A DNA stretch of 60,872 nucleotides, the filler included, from Sphacelaria rigidula (taxonomy: Eukaryota): assembly GCA_964200075.2 (NCBI GenBank). It is 10 parts of 10 records of this genome, joined end to end, with 100 filler letters (N's around TTAATTAATTAA, not from the genome) between each part and the next. Parts side by side here need not be neighbours in the genome. Positions count along the whole stretch, not along the records: positions 1 to 5,998 come from CAXNAA020022918.1; positions 6,099 to 12,096 come from CAXNAA020022919.1; positions 12,197 to 18,194 come from CAXNAA020022920.1; 7 more parts are not named here. One strand, written 5' to 3'. The position numbers were made by a program, and so were the translations under genes. Within the stretch, counting starts at the first letter, position 1. Each line of letters begins with the position of its first letter. Positions 1-12,957 of the stretch are shown here, in pieces. Under the pieces are notes generated by a model, which was not told the origin of the DNA, ran no database searches, and worked only from the letters and a program-made list of their open reading frames with translations.

Positions 1-389
1 CACTGTTTTGGGCTTGAACCTCATCTCGAAGTTAAACCTCAATTCGCACAATTTGTTGTTTTCTTTCAAATACTGTGGTCTGAAGCAAGCAAACCAATGC
101 GTGCTTGGCCAACTCTAGCCAACCGCAGGAAACCAACGGTTGTCACACACTTTCACTTTCCGTTGGTGTAGATATAGAACAGCTCCCGTATAACTGTTCA
201 TTCCAATTCACAAATGAACCATTTTTTTTGTACGCTCTCCACGAAAGCTGCTTTGACTTAACCAAACTTCGAATGATAGTGTCGCACTTCATTACGCTTT
301 CACGAGCGTGGGCTTGTTTATGGCCAAGACTTGAACTTATTATTGTTGAATTTCGGATGGCCTATCTCCTAATTGAGCATTACGGATAA

Positions 390-684
390 CAATGTTTTCG
401 TGAGATTGAGAGTAGAGCGCTGATTGAGAGTGGCTTTTATCATTCGCTTCAACTTGGCCAACTTTTCACTGCGTATGTGCTATTCCTGCCTGTATCACTG
501 GCGCGTGCTTACAGCTACACGTCGATATCCTACACAGGGATATCAAGGGCTTCAGTGGCAAGCTACTCCAGGAAGCATATCGGACCTCGTGGAGGGACAT
601 TTCGGAACTGAAACGGTTCATTCACCAATTGACCGCTTCTCACCCTCAATCGTACCCTCTGCTCTCAATCTCACGAAAACATTG
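390..684. mobile_element. MITE, ~295 bp, with ~28-bp terminal inverted repeats
   Basis: Left end CAATGTTTTCGTGAGATTGAGAGTAGAG. Right end CTCTGCTCTCAATCTCACGAAAACATTG, the reverse complement with 1 mismatch. A diverged inverted copy lies at 41602-41879. Confidence 0.8.
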
Positions 685-1658
685 TGGGATGTGCTTGATC
701 GAGCATCAGGTGGCATTTTCACATTTTATTTTATTGTGCCCCACGAGCTTGGGTTTCTGCTTGACCAAGCCATGAGTGACAGTCAGAACGGCATCCGACT
801 CTCAATAGACACCACACATGATCGCTTAATACACATATCTCCACAACATGCAATCGATCCTCAGTTCGATCGCCTCGTGTATGAGCGTTACAACTTCTCG
901 CTACATGACATGTAATGTGAGAAGAGCACAGCGCCATCAACCACCAAGGAAATCCAAACGTCCTGTTGGATCCCTTACGATAGTCAAAGCCCAGCCTCCG
1001 TCGAGGGATGCTTCATCTATCCCTGTGCGCACCAGGCGAATAAGCCCCCTTAGTTCCTCCGACCATGTATGTGTTTTTTGTTCAGCTCTCTTCCTCATCG
1101 GAGCGAAGTTGCGCATTCATAGGTGATACCGAGCTCCCAAACTCAACATGGGTGAGCAGGAAAAACAAAGCCATACACCATTTGAAAGGCTTTGTTTCTA
1201 GCGATCCGTTACCGTGAACGCGTTCTCTTCAAGCATTGTGAAGGGCTTGAAGCTCCCCCCACAATATTCCGGGGCGGTGACACTCCCTCTTGTCGTAATG
1301 TAAGCATTCAGAAGGCTCCGTGAACTCGAATCACAAGGAAGGCAGAATGAATAGGAGTTTCTGCGACATTAAGATTCTTCTCTGTTTTTCATAATGTGAG
1401 GGCAAAACTCCGTTCCCAGTAAAACGTCCCTAGCTCATGAACAACAAATATCCCAGTGTGTTTCTTATTTATTATGGGACTAAGAAATTCTCGATACCAA
1501 AGTAGCAAGTGTAACTCTCAAAATTAAGGTGATAATACCAAATTTACAGCCTGAGCCGGGTCGATATTCGAAACAGTATTGTGTAGGCTACTTGCCAGCC
1601 CGGTCATGATACTTGTGCTTGAAAACTTTGTGCGAAGAATCGCTGGGGCATATATATA

Positions 1659-1659
<1 letters not shown>

Positions 1660-1752
<93 letters not shown>
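1660..1752. repeat. (GTT)n microsatellite
   Basis: About 31 perfect GTT units; the poly-Val ORF over it is spurious. Confidence 0.98.
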
Positions 1753-1863
1753 ATCGCTGCTTCCTTTTTTCTTTCCTTTCTGAGGCCGTTATTTCTGTCT
1801 TTTCCCGGTTCTTTTCTTCCTCTTCTTTTTTCTTATATTATTCTTTCATTTTTTTGCTGCTCC

Positions 1864-1933
1864 TGACCACGGGCTGGATTGTTGCAATCAGCTAATAATG
1901 TCAGATAATCAATCAAGTAATCAATCAATCAAT
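1864..1933 (+). repeat. Probable retroposon 3' end with (CAAT)n tail
   Basis: GACCACGGGCTGGATT... followed by AATCAATCAAGTAATCAATCAATCAAT; only one copy in the window. Confidence 0.4.
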
Positions 1934-2795
1934 ACAAAAGAACGGAACATGGTGATTCTTTCTTCGATGAATGAAGCACATTTTTAGCGTAGTAGGATAT
2001 CTTCTTTCACGAGAACGCAATGAGCTCACGGGAAAAAAAGAAGAATGCAGTTTTGCTCTGTTTTCAGTATGTTCTTGCGATTCTCCATACTCAATTTGAA
2101 AACATAACTCTCAACAGTGAGGGGAGAAACTGAGGGGGGAGCCAAAAACAACGCCCATTTTTCACAAAAACGTTTTCAAGTCATGAAAAATATTTCAAGG
2201 TCATGTACGTTTCGATTTTGTTTTTCCTTGCGATACTCCATCATGACGAATTTCGAAGCACAACTCTCTGCAGTATGTGCCTTTTCTCCGTACTGTATAG
2301 GATTTACTCGACATGTCGTTTAATCAAGGAGAAAAGAGCTGGCCCAAGTTTTTGAAGAGATGGGCCTCTTTCCCTCGATTAGATGATTAATATGATGTGC
2401 AGATCACGCCTGAAGTCGTCTACGTCGATGGGATATGGCTGTGACAGCTTAATGCGTCTTAGGCGGGACCGGTTCGAAGTTCCACAATCGGTCGAATAAA
2501 AAAGCGATTCGTCCGTATATTCAACTTTATTACGGATCAATCATGCGATTCTTACAAGAACTTTAATTTGCACAGGTTCTGGACTCGTGACTCATGCGAT
2601 ACTCCATGGCACACGCACAATTCTGCTTGTCATTCGTGCGGTACACCCTCGGAGGTACATGCTCCCCATCATCTGTGATTCATGCGGCGTAAATTATACC
2701 TACATGTTTGCCAGTTGTGATTCATCCGGCATGAACCATACGTTCATATTTCCCATTGTTCATTCATGCGACGTGAATCAATTGAGCATGTTCCC

Positions 2796-3045
2796 AACAC
2801 TTTCTACGATAGCCCCCCCCCCCGAAAGTGCATGGTTATGGAAGGCAAAACCTTCACGTAAATCGAAATAGGAAACGCCGAGCACAACGAGAAGCTGGGA
2901 ATTCCCATGCCTGGGTTCGTTCTAGCCAATGTCGCCAGTATGAGGCGCTTCATGCAGCCTGAACCCGAACATCAGGGGCTGTATGGCCATTTGTTTCGTG
3001 ACACTTTGCTGGTTTTTTGGGGGGGGGGCTATCGTAGAAAGTGTC
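2796..3045. mobile_element. MITE, 250 bp, TIR (G/A)ACACTTTCTACGATAGCCCCC, 4-bp TSD TCCC
   Basis: TIRs at both ends; TCCC at 2792-2795 and 3046-3049. The same terminus recurs at about 30215 and about 42950-42970. Confidence 0.8.
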
Positions 3046-3373
3046 TCCCTCCTTTTATTTATGAGGGATTCTACGATAGGGGTGCACGCTTTAGTTCAAA
3101 GTGTTCTGAGGCTGCACGCCAAGGCCCAGATGTTTGTCATTCAGACGCTCTGACAGTGCACAGCCTCAGAAAGACAAATTACACCAATGGTGTAGAACCA
3201 CGCTCATGCAGTACGCATTGAGTCAAGATATTTCTATCTATTGCCGGTCGTACGGCAGGAATCACGCGTATGAAGTCTTCACATGTCATTAATACGCATG
3301 GATCCCACGGATGTTTTTCCCCGCTCATTCATCCATTCGTGTGACATGAATCAAATGCTCATTACCCTGACCT

Positions 3374-3629
3374 GAGCAATTCTACGGTAGGGGGGCACTT
3401 TTTCGCGAAATTTTGTCTGGTTCAGAGGCTCCTGATGATTCTAGACGCACAAGAATATGGGTCAGGGCATCCCCGTTTGCAGAGTCATTAGGGATATCCC
3501 CAGCACATTGGAATAGAAATCCTGGCGTGCTCTCGCATATTTCCATAAGTCGTGCTTTGGATGAGATAAAGGGCTCCTAACAATTCTAACCTCAGAAAAT
3601 ATTTGTGTACCCCTACCGTAGCATCCCTC
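3374..3629. mobile_element. MITE with GAG-terminal TIR (GAGCAATTCTACGGTAGGGG / CCCCTACCGTAGCATCCCTC)
   Basis: Imperfect TIRs; flanks ACCT/ACCG (3 of 4 match). A related lone terminus GAGGGATTCTACGATAGGGG is at 3063. Confidence 0.6.
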
Positions 3630-5479
3630 ACCGTCGTTTCATGCGCCAGGACCCTTTGGTGCATACAATACTTCGCAACTAGGCACGACTCTTCGGCTTA
3701 TATTTCGCGCACTCGATTCGTGGCCAACTTTTGTAGGTTGTGACCAACCTCACCTGTGCCTGATGTAGATATAATATATGTGGTATGCAAGATATCCGTT
3801 AATTCTGGTCTTCAAGAAACTGGATCGTATACACGAGTCGTTCAGGCATGAACCGCACTCGGCAATGATATCGAGTTCACTCGAACGGATCTGTTTTCTT
3901 ATGACGTATGCAAAGATCATCCCATCTTCGTCTAAAAACGTAGGCGGTGTGCCGTAATTTCCAAAGTTCTCTATAATATACACCGCTGAAGTTGCTGCTC
4001 AATATTCCACCCGCACCAGCACCTTCGTCTTGTTCAGTGCTGAACACTGTTGCAGTGCCGCCACCGGTATCACGGGTTACTGTCGGTGACTCCTGTCCCG
4101 TGGTGACCGTATGTCCTTCAAGACTTTGTGTGATGTACCGCACAAACTTGAATGAACCGGCCACCACTTGCTCGTTTACTGGATTTCTTGAGATCAATCG
4201 TTGCGTTTCCAATTTCGCCGCGATAGCCCGAAAACGCGTCACGAAGAAAATGCCCACATCGCGCATGGTAGCTGTTTTCAGACTGCATGAAGTGCTTCAG
4301 ATGGCGGATATTGGCGGAAGCGATCCCAAGCCCCAGCTGCTGGGTTTTCTCGGCTATCGTTATTTTGATTCACGTGTAGATTTTGCCTCCTCAAACCAGC
4401 CACTTTTCTGGGGGGGGCTTTCGCGGCATCAGTCTTCCTTCCTCAGTCATGGCCCCCGTCAGCATCGAATTCCTCATGAAACGATCAGAGCGTGTTCATG
4501 AATCTGTATCCTAGTAGTGCAGACCGCAGGGCATAGACGGAAGTGCACAGGAGGGTCGGCTCATAGTAGTAATGCACGGCTTGGATGCAAGTCGGCCGGT
4601 TGTGAGCTCGGAAGTTGGATAAAGTATGGATTGAATTGAAATACACGACTACTGCACCGAGTGGACCATATAATGCGTGATATCCTACACCAGTGCACAG
4701 AACGGCCCGAGATCTATGACGGAAGGACAAGATGAAAGAGTTACTACAACTGTCCGCAAATAACCTTTTGCTTCGAGTACTGTGCGCCTCGCTGCATGCC
4801 AATTTCCTTGTAGGGACTGAAATATACCAACGTTCGATGTTGCCGCCCGATCACGCAGAAAACGCGGGAAGCGCACAGAAGCAACCCGCATGGAGGTGAG
4901 AATTTTCAAGCGAGGATTCCTGGGACACCGAGGCGGGTAATGCGCCAGATGAGGCAGGTACGAAAAGTGGATATCGCCGGATCACGTGTTTTCGGTATGC
5001 ATGCACGCCATACCGTTGGTGGCCTCGCGAACCTCACGTAAGTGACATTGCGTACTATAGATGGCCCTATTCATAGAGTATCTCTATACCAAGTCTAGAA
5101 CCCCTCACAGATAATATATACCGGTAGCGATACTGGAGCTTCGCCCGGACCCGGCGACACCGGGGTGTCCGCGCTGGCGACATGGAAAGTGCAGGCGATG
5201 TTACGTCACTTCCGCAGGATTTGTGGTGCAATAAGAGCGGGATATTGCGTGAATGGGGGGGTGCGGACGTGATTTGACTTGGAGAGGCCGGTTACACGGT
5301 AGAGTCCCGGGCCAACGTGACTATTTGATTGCAAAACAAGGAGTCCATGAACGCCAATGCTAAAGCTTGTGACTAGACTAAGAAAGATGGATGGTCCTGC
5401 AGCAAGAATTCCTAACAATTTCATCTTCACGGGATGCTTTTGTACTAGTCATGCCTACGATGAGTCGTTCAACAACAAC

Positions 5480-5626
5480 AGATGGCGGGGGAGGGGGGGG
5501 CGTAGATGGCGGGGGAGGGGGGTGGTACACATGATCTTGCACTCCGTAGTCGTACACCATTGACCTCGAGGGGTGGGGGAGGGGCGTTCTCATTTGTAGC
5601 TTACAGGGGGGCGGAGGGGGGGGGGT
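5480..5626 (-). mobile_element. Stack of very short 3' fragments of the C-tailed LINE (family A) and its partner (family B)
   Basis: Minus strand reads ...ACAAATGAGAACG-CCCC (family A end), then GTCAATGGT...CAAGATCATG...CCCC (family B end), then a direct duplication of a C-rich 19-21-mer around ACG. Confidence 0.6.
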
Positions 5627-5906
5627 TCACATTCATTTCCGCCGCGCCCGTGTCTCCCATCGTATTATCAATATTGAAGTCATGGAACAAAGCCACACAA
5701 GATCATCGCGATGTATATTCTGTTCGACCGATGGGCGGGATTTTGCTTCAGAAAACACGTCGTAAGCTTTACTTTGTCCACAACGGGCACTCACGAAAGC
5801 GTCTCGTGCTCCACTTTGTAACGAAATTGCGTTGTTGCGCAAGCCCCCTGAAATCGTCGAGGGACTCGGGGGTAATATTTCGTGTTCCGTATTTTTTCGG
5901 GCGTTT

Positions 5907-5998
5907 GAGTCATCCTACGATAGGGGGGGGGGGGGGATTTGGTTGCACGAAAAAAAGGGATCATAGTGTGTCAGACATGCTTCCACAATTTCTTTTGG
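5907..5998. mobile_element. Terminus of a high-copy DNA transposon (GAGTCATCCTACGATAGGGGG...), cut by the contig end
   Basis: Same sequence at 12197-12266, 30490-30552, 42684-42700 and 48598-48680, always at a contig edge. Confidence 0.75.
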
Positions 5999-6098
5999 NN
6001 NNNNNNNNNNNNNNNNNNNNNNNNNNNNNNNNNNNNNNNNNNTTAATTAATTAANNNNNNNNNNNNNNNNNNNNNNNNNNNNNNNNNNNNNNNNNNNN
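5999..6098. other. Artificial contig linker
   Basis: N44-TTAATTAATTAA-N44, stop codons in all six frames. Confidence 0.99.
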
Positions 6099-6176
6099 CC
6101 CGGCTGACGCGCCCACATATCCCGAAAGGGGTAAACTGGCACCCAGAATAAATGGGACGACAACACACACAACACA
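6099..6176 (+). mobile_element. SINE family 1, 3' fragment
   Basis: Matches the 3' end and CA-rich tail of the full copies (e.g. 29559-29921). Confidence 0.75.
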
Positions 6177-8399
6177 GTATTGGAGGTCGTACTCAACGCA
6201 CTCAGAATTTGACCAGAGTATATGAAGCCGTAATCAACCTGCTCATGAGGTAAACAACAAAAGCCCCCCCCCTCCCCTCATCCCTCTCCTTACACGAGTT
6301 CGTACTTTCAAGGGGCCGACTCGTCTCTTTAGTGTATCATCACGCTGTACGTATGTGAGATATTGTACTTCAATGGTTTGCCGGTCGCCCTGGTGGCAAA
6401 CATCGAGTTGAGTATTTGAGGCCGTACTCGGCCTCCTCAAAAATTGAGTCGAGTATTGGAGGCCGTACTCCATCTACTCAAAGTCTGAGTGGGGTATCTG
6501 AGGCCGGATCCGATGTACCGAAAACCTATACCTTCAACTTCAATATTCAAGATCGTGCGCAAGATACTCAAACTCGGGTAGAGGAAATACCGAGGTATCC
6601 CTAGAGTTGCCCACCCACGATGAGTGTTGATGTGTCGTGGTCGAGTCTCAGGGTGGCGTATCAAGCTCGTGGGACATAGGCTGGGGGTGGTGTAACACCA
6701 GCGGTCAGCATAACCGTTACTGCAGCACACGACGGTGTTGCACCAGAGACTCACCAGAGTTCGGTTCAAACAGCACTGCATGCTCATGCAAAACACAGGC
6801 TCACGTTCACGTACAGAAGAGGTGCTCTTGACTTGCTTGCAAGCGAGATGTCTCCAAGTGGTGGCTGATAGCGTTGCATGAGGTTTGGCTAGGTAGCTAA
6901 ACACGACTGACCAGGCTGTGGGGTGATACTGCAAAACCCGACTGGAATATAACCACACTATTATAACGTACAGCTGGAATACGACCTATCGCCCATATCA
7001 CGCATATCCAGAACGCCTTCTACACAAGCGACTGTGTGGGCTGTAATGCCGAGTAGGGAATGTCACGACTTTTTTCATAACAAAAAAAAACGCGGAATTT
7101 CAGGGCTAGCGATGACCACGGGAAAAACTCGTCATGAAATCAAAAGATGAGCCGAACCTGGTATTCAGGGGAAAAGCCTCATCGTTTGGGGGAAAAGTCT
7201 CTCACGCCCTCTGGGATCATAGCGCGTGCTTTCGCACGTGCTATGTCGTCCCGGGATCCCAGTTACACTGGAAACAGAAACCACTGAGACTAGTCAAAAA
7301 CTATCCTCAGGTGGTAACGGCGCTTAGACACCCGTGATCGATTAGATCGATCCTGGGTAGTGCGGGACTCGCAAAAAAGCTGACCCACTAAAAAAAACCC
7401 AAGAAAGCGCTTACTGGTTGATGGGAGTGTGTAGGCAATTCTCTCACCGACCAGCAGCGACCGACCTACTGGACACCGGGGGACTCCTAAATTTTAGATC
7501 AACAGTTCCGTCATGGTACAGTGTCCAAGCAGGTACTTGGTGCCCACCCTCTTTATACAATGCTTACTCCAGTATATGAATTGCTCTACTCGAAAGGGGT
7601 GGGGCACCCTGAAAATCGGATGAACGTTCTCCGAGGACGAACCGTGATAAACGAACCGGGTACGTGAAACAAAGGGTGGGAACAGGTCTGACGGAATCAA
7701 GAAATAAATGATCTTCATGGAATGCAAGACCGGGAAAAAACAAAGAGCGGACCACGATCAACTGCGCGAAAAGGTGGAAAGGAAAAAGAGAAACAAAAAA
7801 ATAGTGCTGAAGGAACGAAGCAGGCCCACAACCAAAGGAGAAGGGGAGAAAGGAAACTGAACCATGAAGGAAAACTAGAAAGGACATACCACGTCCCTAG
7901 TACGAAAAAAATAACTCATAAACATGAAAACAAAAAAATAAAAAGGACTGACACGAGAAAGAGGATCAGGTCCTACGAAATCAAGAGAAGGCAAAACTGT
8001 TGAGGAAAAAAAACAAATAGAATCCAGACTGTAAAACCGGACAGAGAAAATATATGTGAGGGCCTAAGGAGGAAGTTCTGATCCGAAAAAACGAGGCAAA
8101 CCAATCGAGAAGGCGCCCCCCCCCAAAACAAATCAAGACCAAACGTTGTAAGGTGAGAAAATAAAGCCGGGAACGATACAAGGTATATAGCCGAGCCCAT
8201 GATCAACGGGAAAACACGAATGGAAACAGACCCAAAGAGAGTAGAAAAAAAAGAAGATACTCAACAGTTGTTCCAATGAAAAGAAAGAAACAGTACTGAA
8301 CTACTGCTCATTACTATATAAAAAATAAAATACGAATACAAAGTGCTGCTCGCTCCTGTAATGCACCACGAAACGACCTCCTGCTCTTTTCTTCGTACA

Positions 8400-9420
8400 A
8401 CATTAATGCTTCGAATGCCATCGGCTCGCTCGTCTGGGCCACTTGCTGGAGCTCTTCCACGCAGTCTTCGTCGTCTCACCACTCTCCCGAAGCGTTCACC
8501 GTCGTCGAACACTTGTCCTTTTTGCTGAGCTCCGTCAAAATCCTCTCAGAACATCACTGCGCAACAGAGGGGCATGGCGTGCTCGGACGGGATGGCATAC
8601 TTGATGCCTTGGCTGGGTGGTGCAGATGCAAAAGGGCGTGCTTCCTGGTAGCCCCTCTGACATTGCTCCAGCCTGGGCCTTTGCTCGCTATTTCCAACCT
8701 TTTTTTTTTCTCGATTAAGACTCGCGACGGTGTTGCAGAGTGAGGTGGTGGGGTTTGGGGTTTGGGGTTTGGGGTTCTAAAGGTTGGCGTCGCCTCGAAG
8801 TCTGGTGTTCGAGCAAACTAGGTGGATCCGTCAGCGACTGAATATCTCAGGTGGGACGGGTAACGGTATGCGGCTCGACCTATGGCGGACTGTCTTGCGC
8901 ATATGTATTTTGTGTCCCTGCATCACCACCTCCAGACCGCGTGCCGTCTTCAATCCTTGCCAACTTTTGATGTACCGTGTACTAGTGCTGCAGTTTCCTG
9001 CCGTTGCCATCCTGACATTGAGATCTTACCTTCCGGATCCATCACCAGTCTTACCTCGCATAGATGCTATTCGCGCTGTTATACGAAAGGGTGCAGTTGT
9101 ATACTCGGTTCTGCTTCTTGTGATAGAAGTGAAAGTCAGCTTAGACATTTGTTTTGCGTTGACGCGGCAACTCCGGGAGGGGGGCAGCGTGTCAAGCAAT
9201 GTGCGCGTGGTTCAAGGAACCAATGAGACCTGTTTACCCCACATGACTTGCAAAGTTCTGACAACATATCCAGTACCCTTCCTCCTGGTCTTACGACTGG
9301 GTCCTTACCGTGTGGGAGATCTGACGCTTCGGAAAGCGATGCCGTCTTTCAAGGTACCTGCTCAAATGGGTGACGATCTCCACGCTAAACGTTTCGCCTC
9401 CGCTCAGCGAATCTATTGAG
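8400..9420 (-). pseudogene. Decayed coding relic, probably transposon-derived, with a Tudor-like motif
   Basis: Minus frame gives EDFDGAQQKGQVFDDGERFGRVV, then after a frameshift DDEDCVEEL; the upstream frame is broken by several stops. Confidence 0.3.
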
Positions 9421-12096
9421 GGGCACCGGAGGTTAGGCACATTCTGCAGGGGCACTGACTACCCCGTTGACTTGTTTTGACGACTGTGGAAAATCAATTG
9501 GGGATCGAGAAGCGAGGTCAAGTGCCTGCAAATGTATATGTATGTGCGTGCAACATTACCTCATTATTGCCAAGTTGATCACCTCGTCCCATGGGCCTAT
9601 TGCACGCCCCTACCTGATGGCCGTTTGATGACTGCTTGACCTCTTGGGCCTCCTGCAACGGCATGACAGCACATTTCGCCTGATATATTTCGTACTTGTT
9701 GACAAAAGGAAGCGGTCACGCATCGCGGAAAGCGTGGCGCCTACTACTAATTTTCCATGAAATATGTGACCAAGTGCGAACAGGTCGGCCATCATTATTT
9801 TTGGAACTGCCGGCAGCTGCTCATCATCGACTCGTAGTTGTGGATCCTATTTTGTACTCGGATCAAGGGCACTCAGAAAAAAAAAATCTGGACCCACACT
9901 ACCCCCCCCCTCCCCGTCAGCACCTCCTGATATTCAAAAACGTTTTGCTCAACTGAACACTTATTTCTGAGCCTTTGGGGAGCCAGTGCTCAGCAAGACG
10001 TTCCCGGAATGGTATAGACGGAGATTTTTGTTGTTTCCGATTCTTTTTTGAGCAAACCAGTGCCAGCAACGACTTCACAGTAAAATTTGTAGACGATGCG
10101 TAGACGAATCGCAAGTGTACGTGAAGTATGTATGCAGTCGGCAAAAGTTGACAGTTGAAAAAAACAAGTTGTTACGGCCCCCCATTCTTGGGCCACATAC
10201 GGTAGGGATGTGTGGTCGGCTCGTCCTCCTTCAAGACACGTCTCTCCGCAGATGGAAGAAGACCATCAAGATCACCGCGCGCGGTACTCTCAAACCTATA
10301 CATGTCATGACCGCCATCGCGTACACATCTGTAGACTCTCGACACTGGCTACTTTGTAGACTGTACAAGTTCGGTTACACATTGAAGTGTATTGGCCATA
10401 CATAGACAAGGCATACTTAACTTATGTATGTACTCTTCTTGAGGAGGGTTTCCCTGGCTGGGTCGCTACTACTTTATGTGTACTTGCCGGGTTCGTTTCC
10501 ACGGTGACCGCGTTTGTTTTGGTATGGAGCGGCAGAACTATTTACGTGCTCAATATAAAGCCTTGAGTGTGCATGGTCTGAAACCCATACAAAACATATA
10601 TAGACTATAAAGGGTGTAGAATAGGCATACTAAATAGTACATAGTGTAAAATCAATATACGTTTTAGTGTCCCCAGTATAAATCCCATACAATAGAACAA
10701 ATTGCCTTTCCCCCCCCGCCCGCCCACCCCCTCAATCAGCCCCAAATCCAAAAATGTGAGTGTGGGTCCAGGAAAACTTTTCCTGGGCGCCCTTGGTTTG
10801 GGAAGCACCTTGTTCGTTTGACTCGAGACGAAATAGCCAACACACCATGAAGGTGTCAACACAGTGTCTATTGTAGAGAGCACTGCGTGTTGACAGCATT
10901 ATCTTTCGAAGAGACGAACGCCACGACAGTAATGAAGCAACTCTGGCTGCCAGTCGCAACGGAGACCAAACCGTCTTCAAAAAGACCTGGAGACACCCCA
11001 ACGCAGCGACAGCTACAGCACAAGAAACAGAGCATGAGTGTGTCTGTGCTGCAGCACAATGATACAGGACATATCCCATGCGATAGGTCTTTCCCTGATT
11101 TCGGATGGGCTAGATTTTGGCCGAGTGGCGGTTTGAAAACGCAGCGCTATATATTTTTTGCGCTTCGCGCGAAAAAAATTAATTTTCACTTTGGGTCATC
11201 CCCATCTGTGGCAGGTGGGCCGATGATCAGCTGACTGGAGCACATCCAACAGACGACAGTGTAAAACAGAGGTACTGACTGTGCACAACAGCGATTAGCA
11301 CGAACAACGTAATTGCGCAGTGTGAAGCTTTGGACCCCCAACGCGCTTAGAGAGTCATGCGGCTACGCATAGAGTTTGCTGACTACTTCTGAGACTTGAC
11401 CAACTCCTGAGGTCACGGCCTTGAAAAACGACACACCCCGGCCAACGGCCTACATCGGGAAAACAGTGTACCACGTACCGGAGAAACAGTTTTTCCGCTC
11501 CTGTACTGTACGCAGTACATTTCTATTCATGTAGTCTACTGTTGTCGAGGGTGCGTCATGACCTTGTGATATGCTTTCCGTCCCCGGCTTTTGGGGGCGA
11601 TTACAGCAGATCCGCGCCGTTTTTTGCTCTCGGCACAGCTTCAAGCGTCATTCGCTATGCGCCTACCAACTCTTCAACACCATCCAGCACAGCGGGGTAC
11701 GCACTGCTCCGGAGGCCGACCTTGGGCAACACTGTCCGTCCAACGTATTCAGAAAGCAGTGATAAACCTCCGCGTCTGAAAATTTGTCTGACCCTGCACC
11801 TCCCACACATGAGGATGACTCGAGGTGAGGTACAAGATTTTGGCGCGAAGCGCGATCATCGCCGCGCGTTCAAAAATCGGCACTCGTCAATAAAGGAGGA
11901 ACCGTCTGAAGTAAGGTAGAGAATGGGACATCAAGGCAGACAACTGCTACCATCAACCGCTTGGGATACAGCAGCTCCGTGCTGGCTCAGTTTGATTGCC
12001 CCAACCTGCACGCGTCCACCTTGCGTGTCTTTTCTGATCACAGCACCTGACTACATGAGGACCGACGCCCGGATGGGTAGGGTGACTCGGGTACAG

Positions 12097-12196
12097 NNNN
12101 NNNNNNNNNNNNNNNNNNNNNNNNNNNNNNNNNNNNNNNNTTAATTAATTAANNNNNNNNNNNNNNNNNNNNNNNNNNNNNNNNNNNNNNNNNNNN
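12097..12196. other. Artificial contig linker
   Basis: N44-TTAATTAATTAA-N44. Confidence 0.99.
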
Positions 12197-12266
12197 ATGT
12201 CTGACACACTTATGAGCCTCTTTTTGCGTGCAACCAAATACCCCCCCCCCTATCGTAGGATGACTC
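12197..12266. mobile_element. GAGTCATCC-family transposon terminus
   Basis: ...CCCCCTATCGTAGGATGACTC, the reverse complement of 5907-5976. Confidence 0.75.
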
Positions 12267-12957
12267 TTTCGTTCGTGTTAGTTCTACGTATTTTCTACAT
12301 CCCAAATAATCCATGATTCTTGAGCCAAAAGCAAAGCCGTGCTACACATTTCGGTATATGTGAAAAAAAAGTAGTGACAAAAATGGGGGCCTCGGAATTT
12401 GCTACTGGAAACTTCCGCCACGTGTACATTGTTTTCATCATGTCTGCCCTTCTTCAGACCCATCAGGAACTAAAACCGCCGTTCATATTGGACAGAATTA
12501 TCAAGGACGCCGTCATAACGCCACAGCCCGACCGCCCTCCTCATCAATCGACGTCCGAATATGTCCGTCATTGTTCATCGCTGATTTTTTACCCGCACGC
12601 ATGCGAGATTTCCCGAGATATCCCGAGAATATCCGAGAGGGAGAGAGAAAAAGAGAGAGCTCTTGTATCGTCGTGTGAGCGAGCTGCCGGGATAGGTTTA
12701 CGAGAATCCCTCACCGAAAATCCACGGTTACAGGAGAACACCGTCGCTTGTCAAACTCCAGGGCCAACGTCGACCGCAGATCAAACCCCAACCCGAGACA
12801 GACCGAGAACCCTGCGATAAGGAAGGTGCCGAGGGAAGGCTACGTCGGGTGTGCATTGGCAGAGCTCGAATCAGCGCGCGAAGAGATATGATTCAAGGAT
12901 ACAGCACGTGCTGCGCACGTGTACAAGAATATGACATATTGTCAGCCCCCCTTTCAT

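Noticed and set aside
6043..6054. TTAATTAATTAA recurring every ~6.1 kb as a biological repeat or CRISPR-like array
   Set aside because: It is the standard six-frame-stop spacer embedded in N runs.
8748..8776. (GGGGTTT)n telomere-like repeat
   Set aside because: Only about four units, internal to a contig and inside a decayed element; no support for a telomere.
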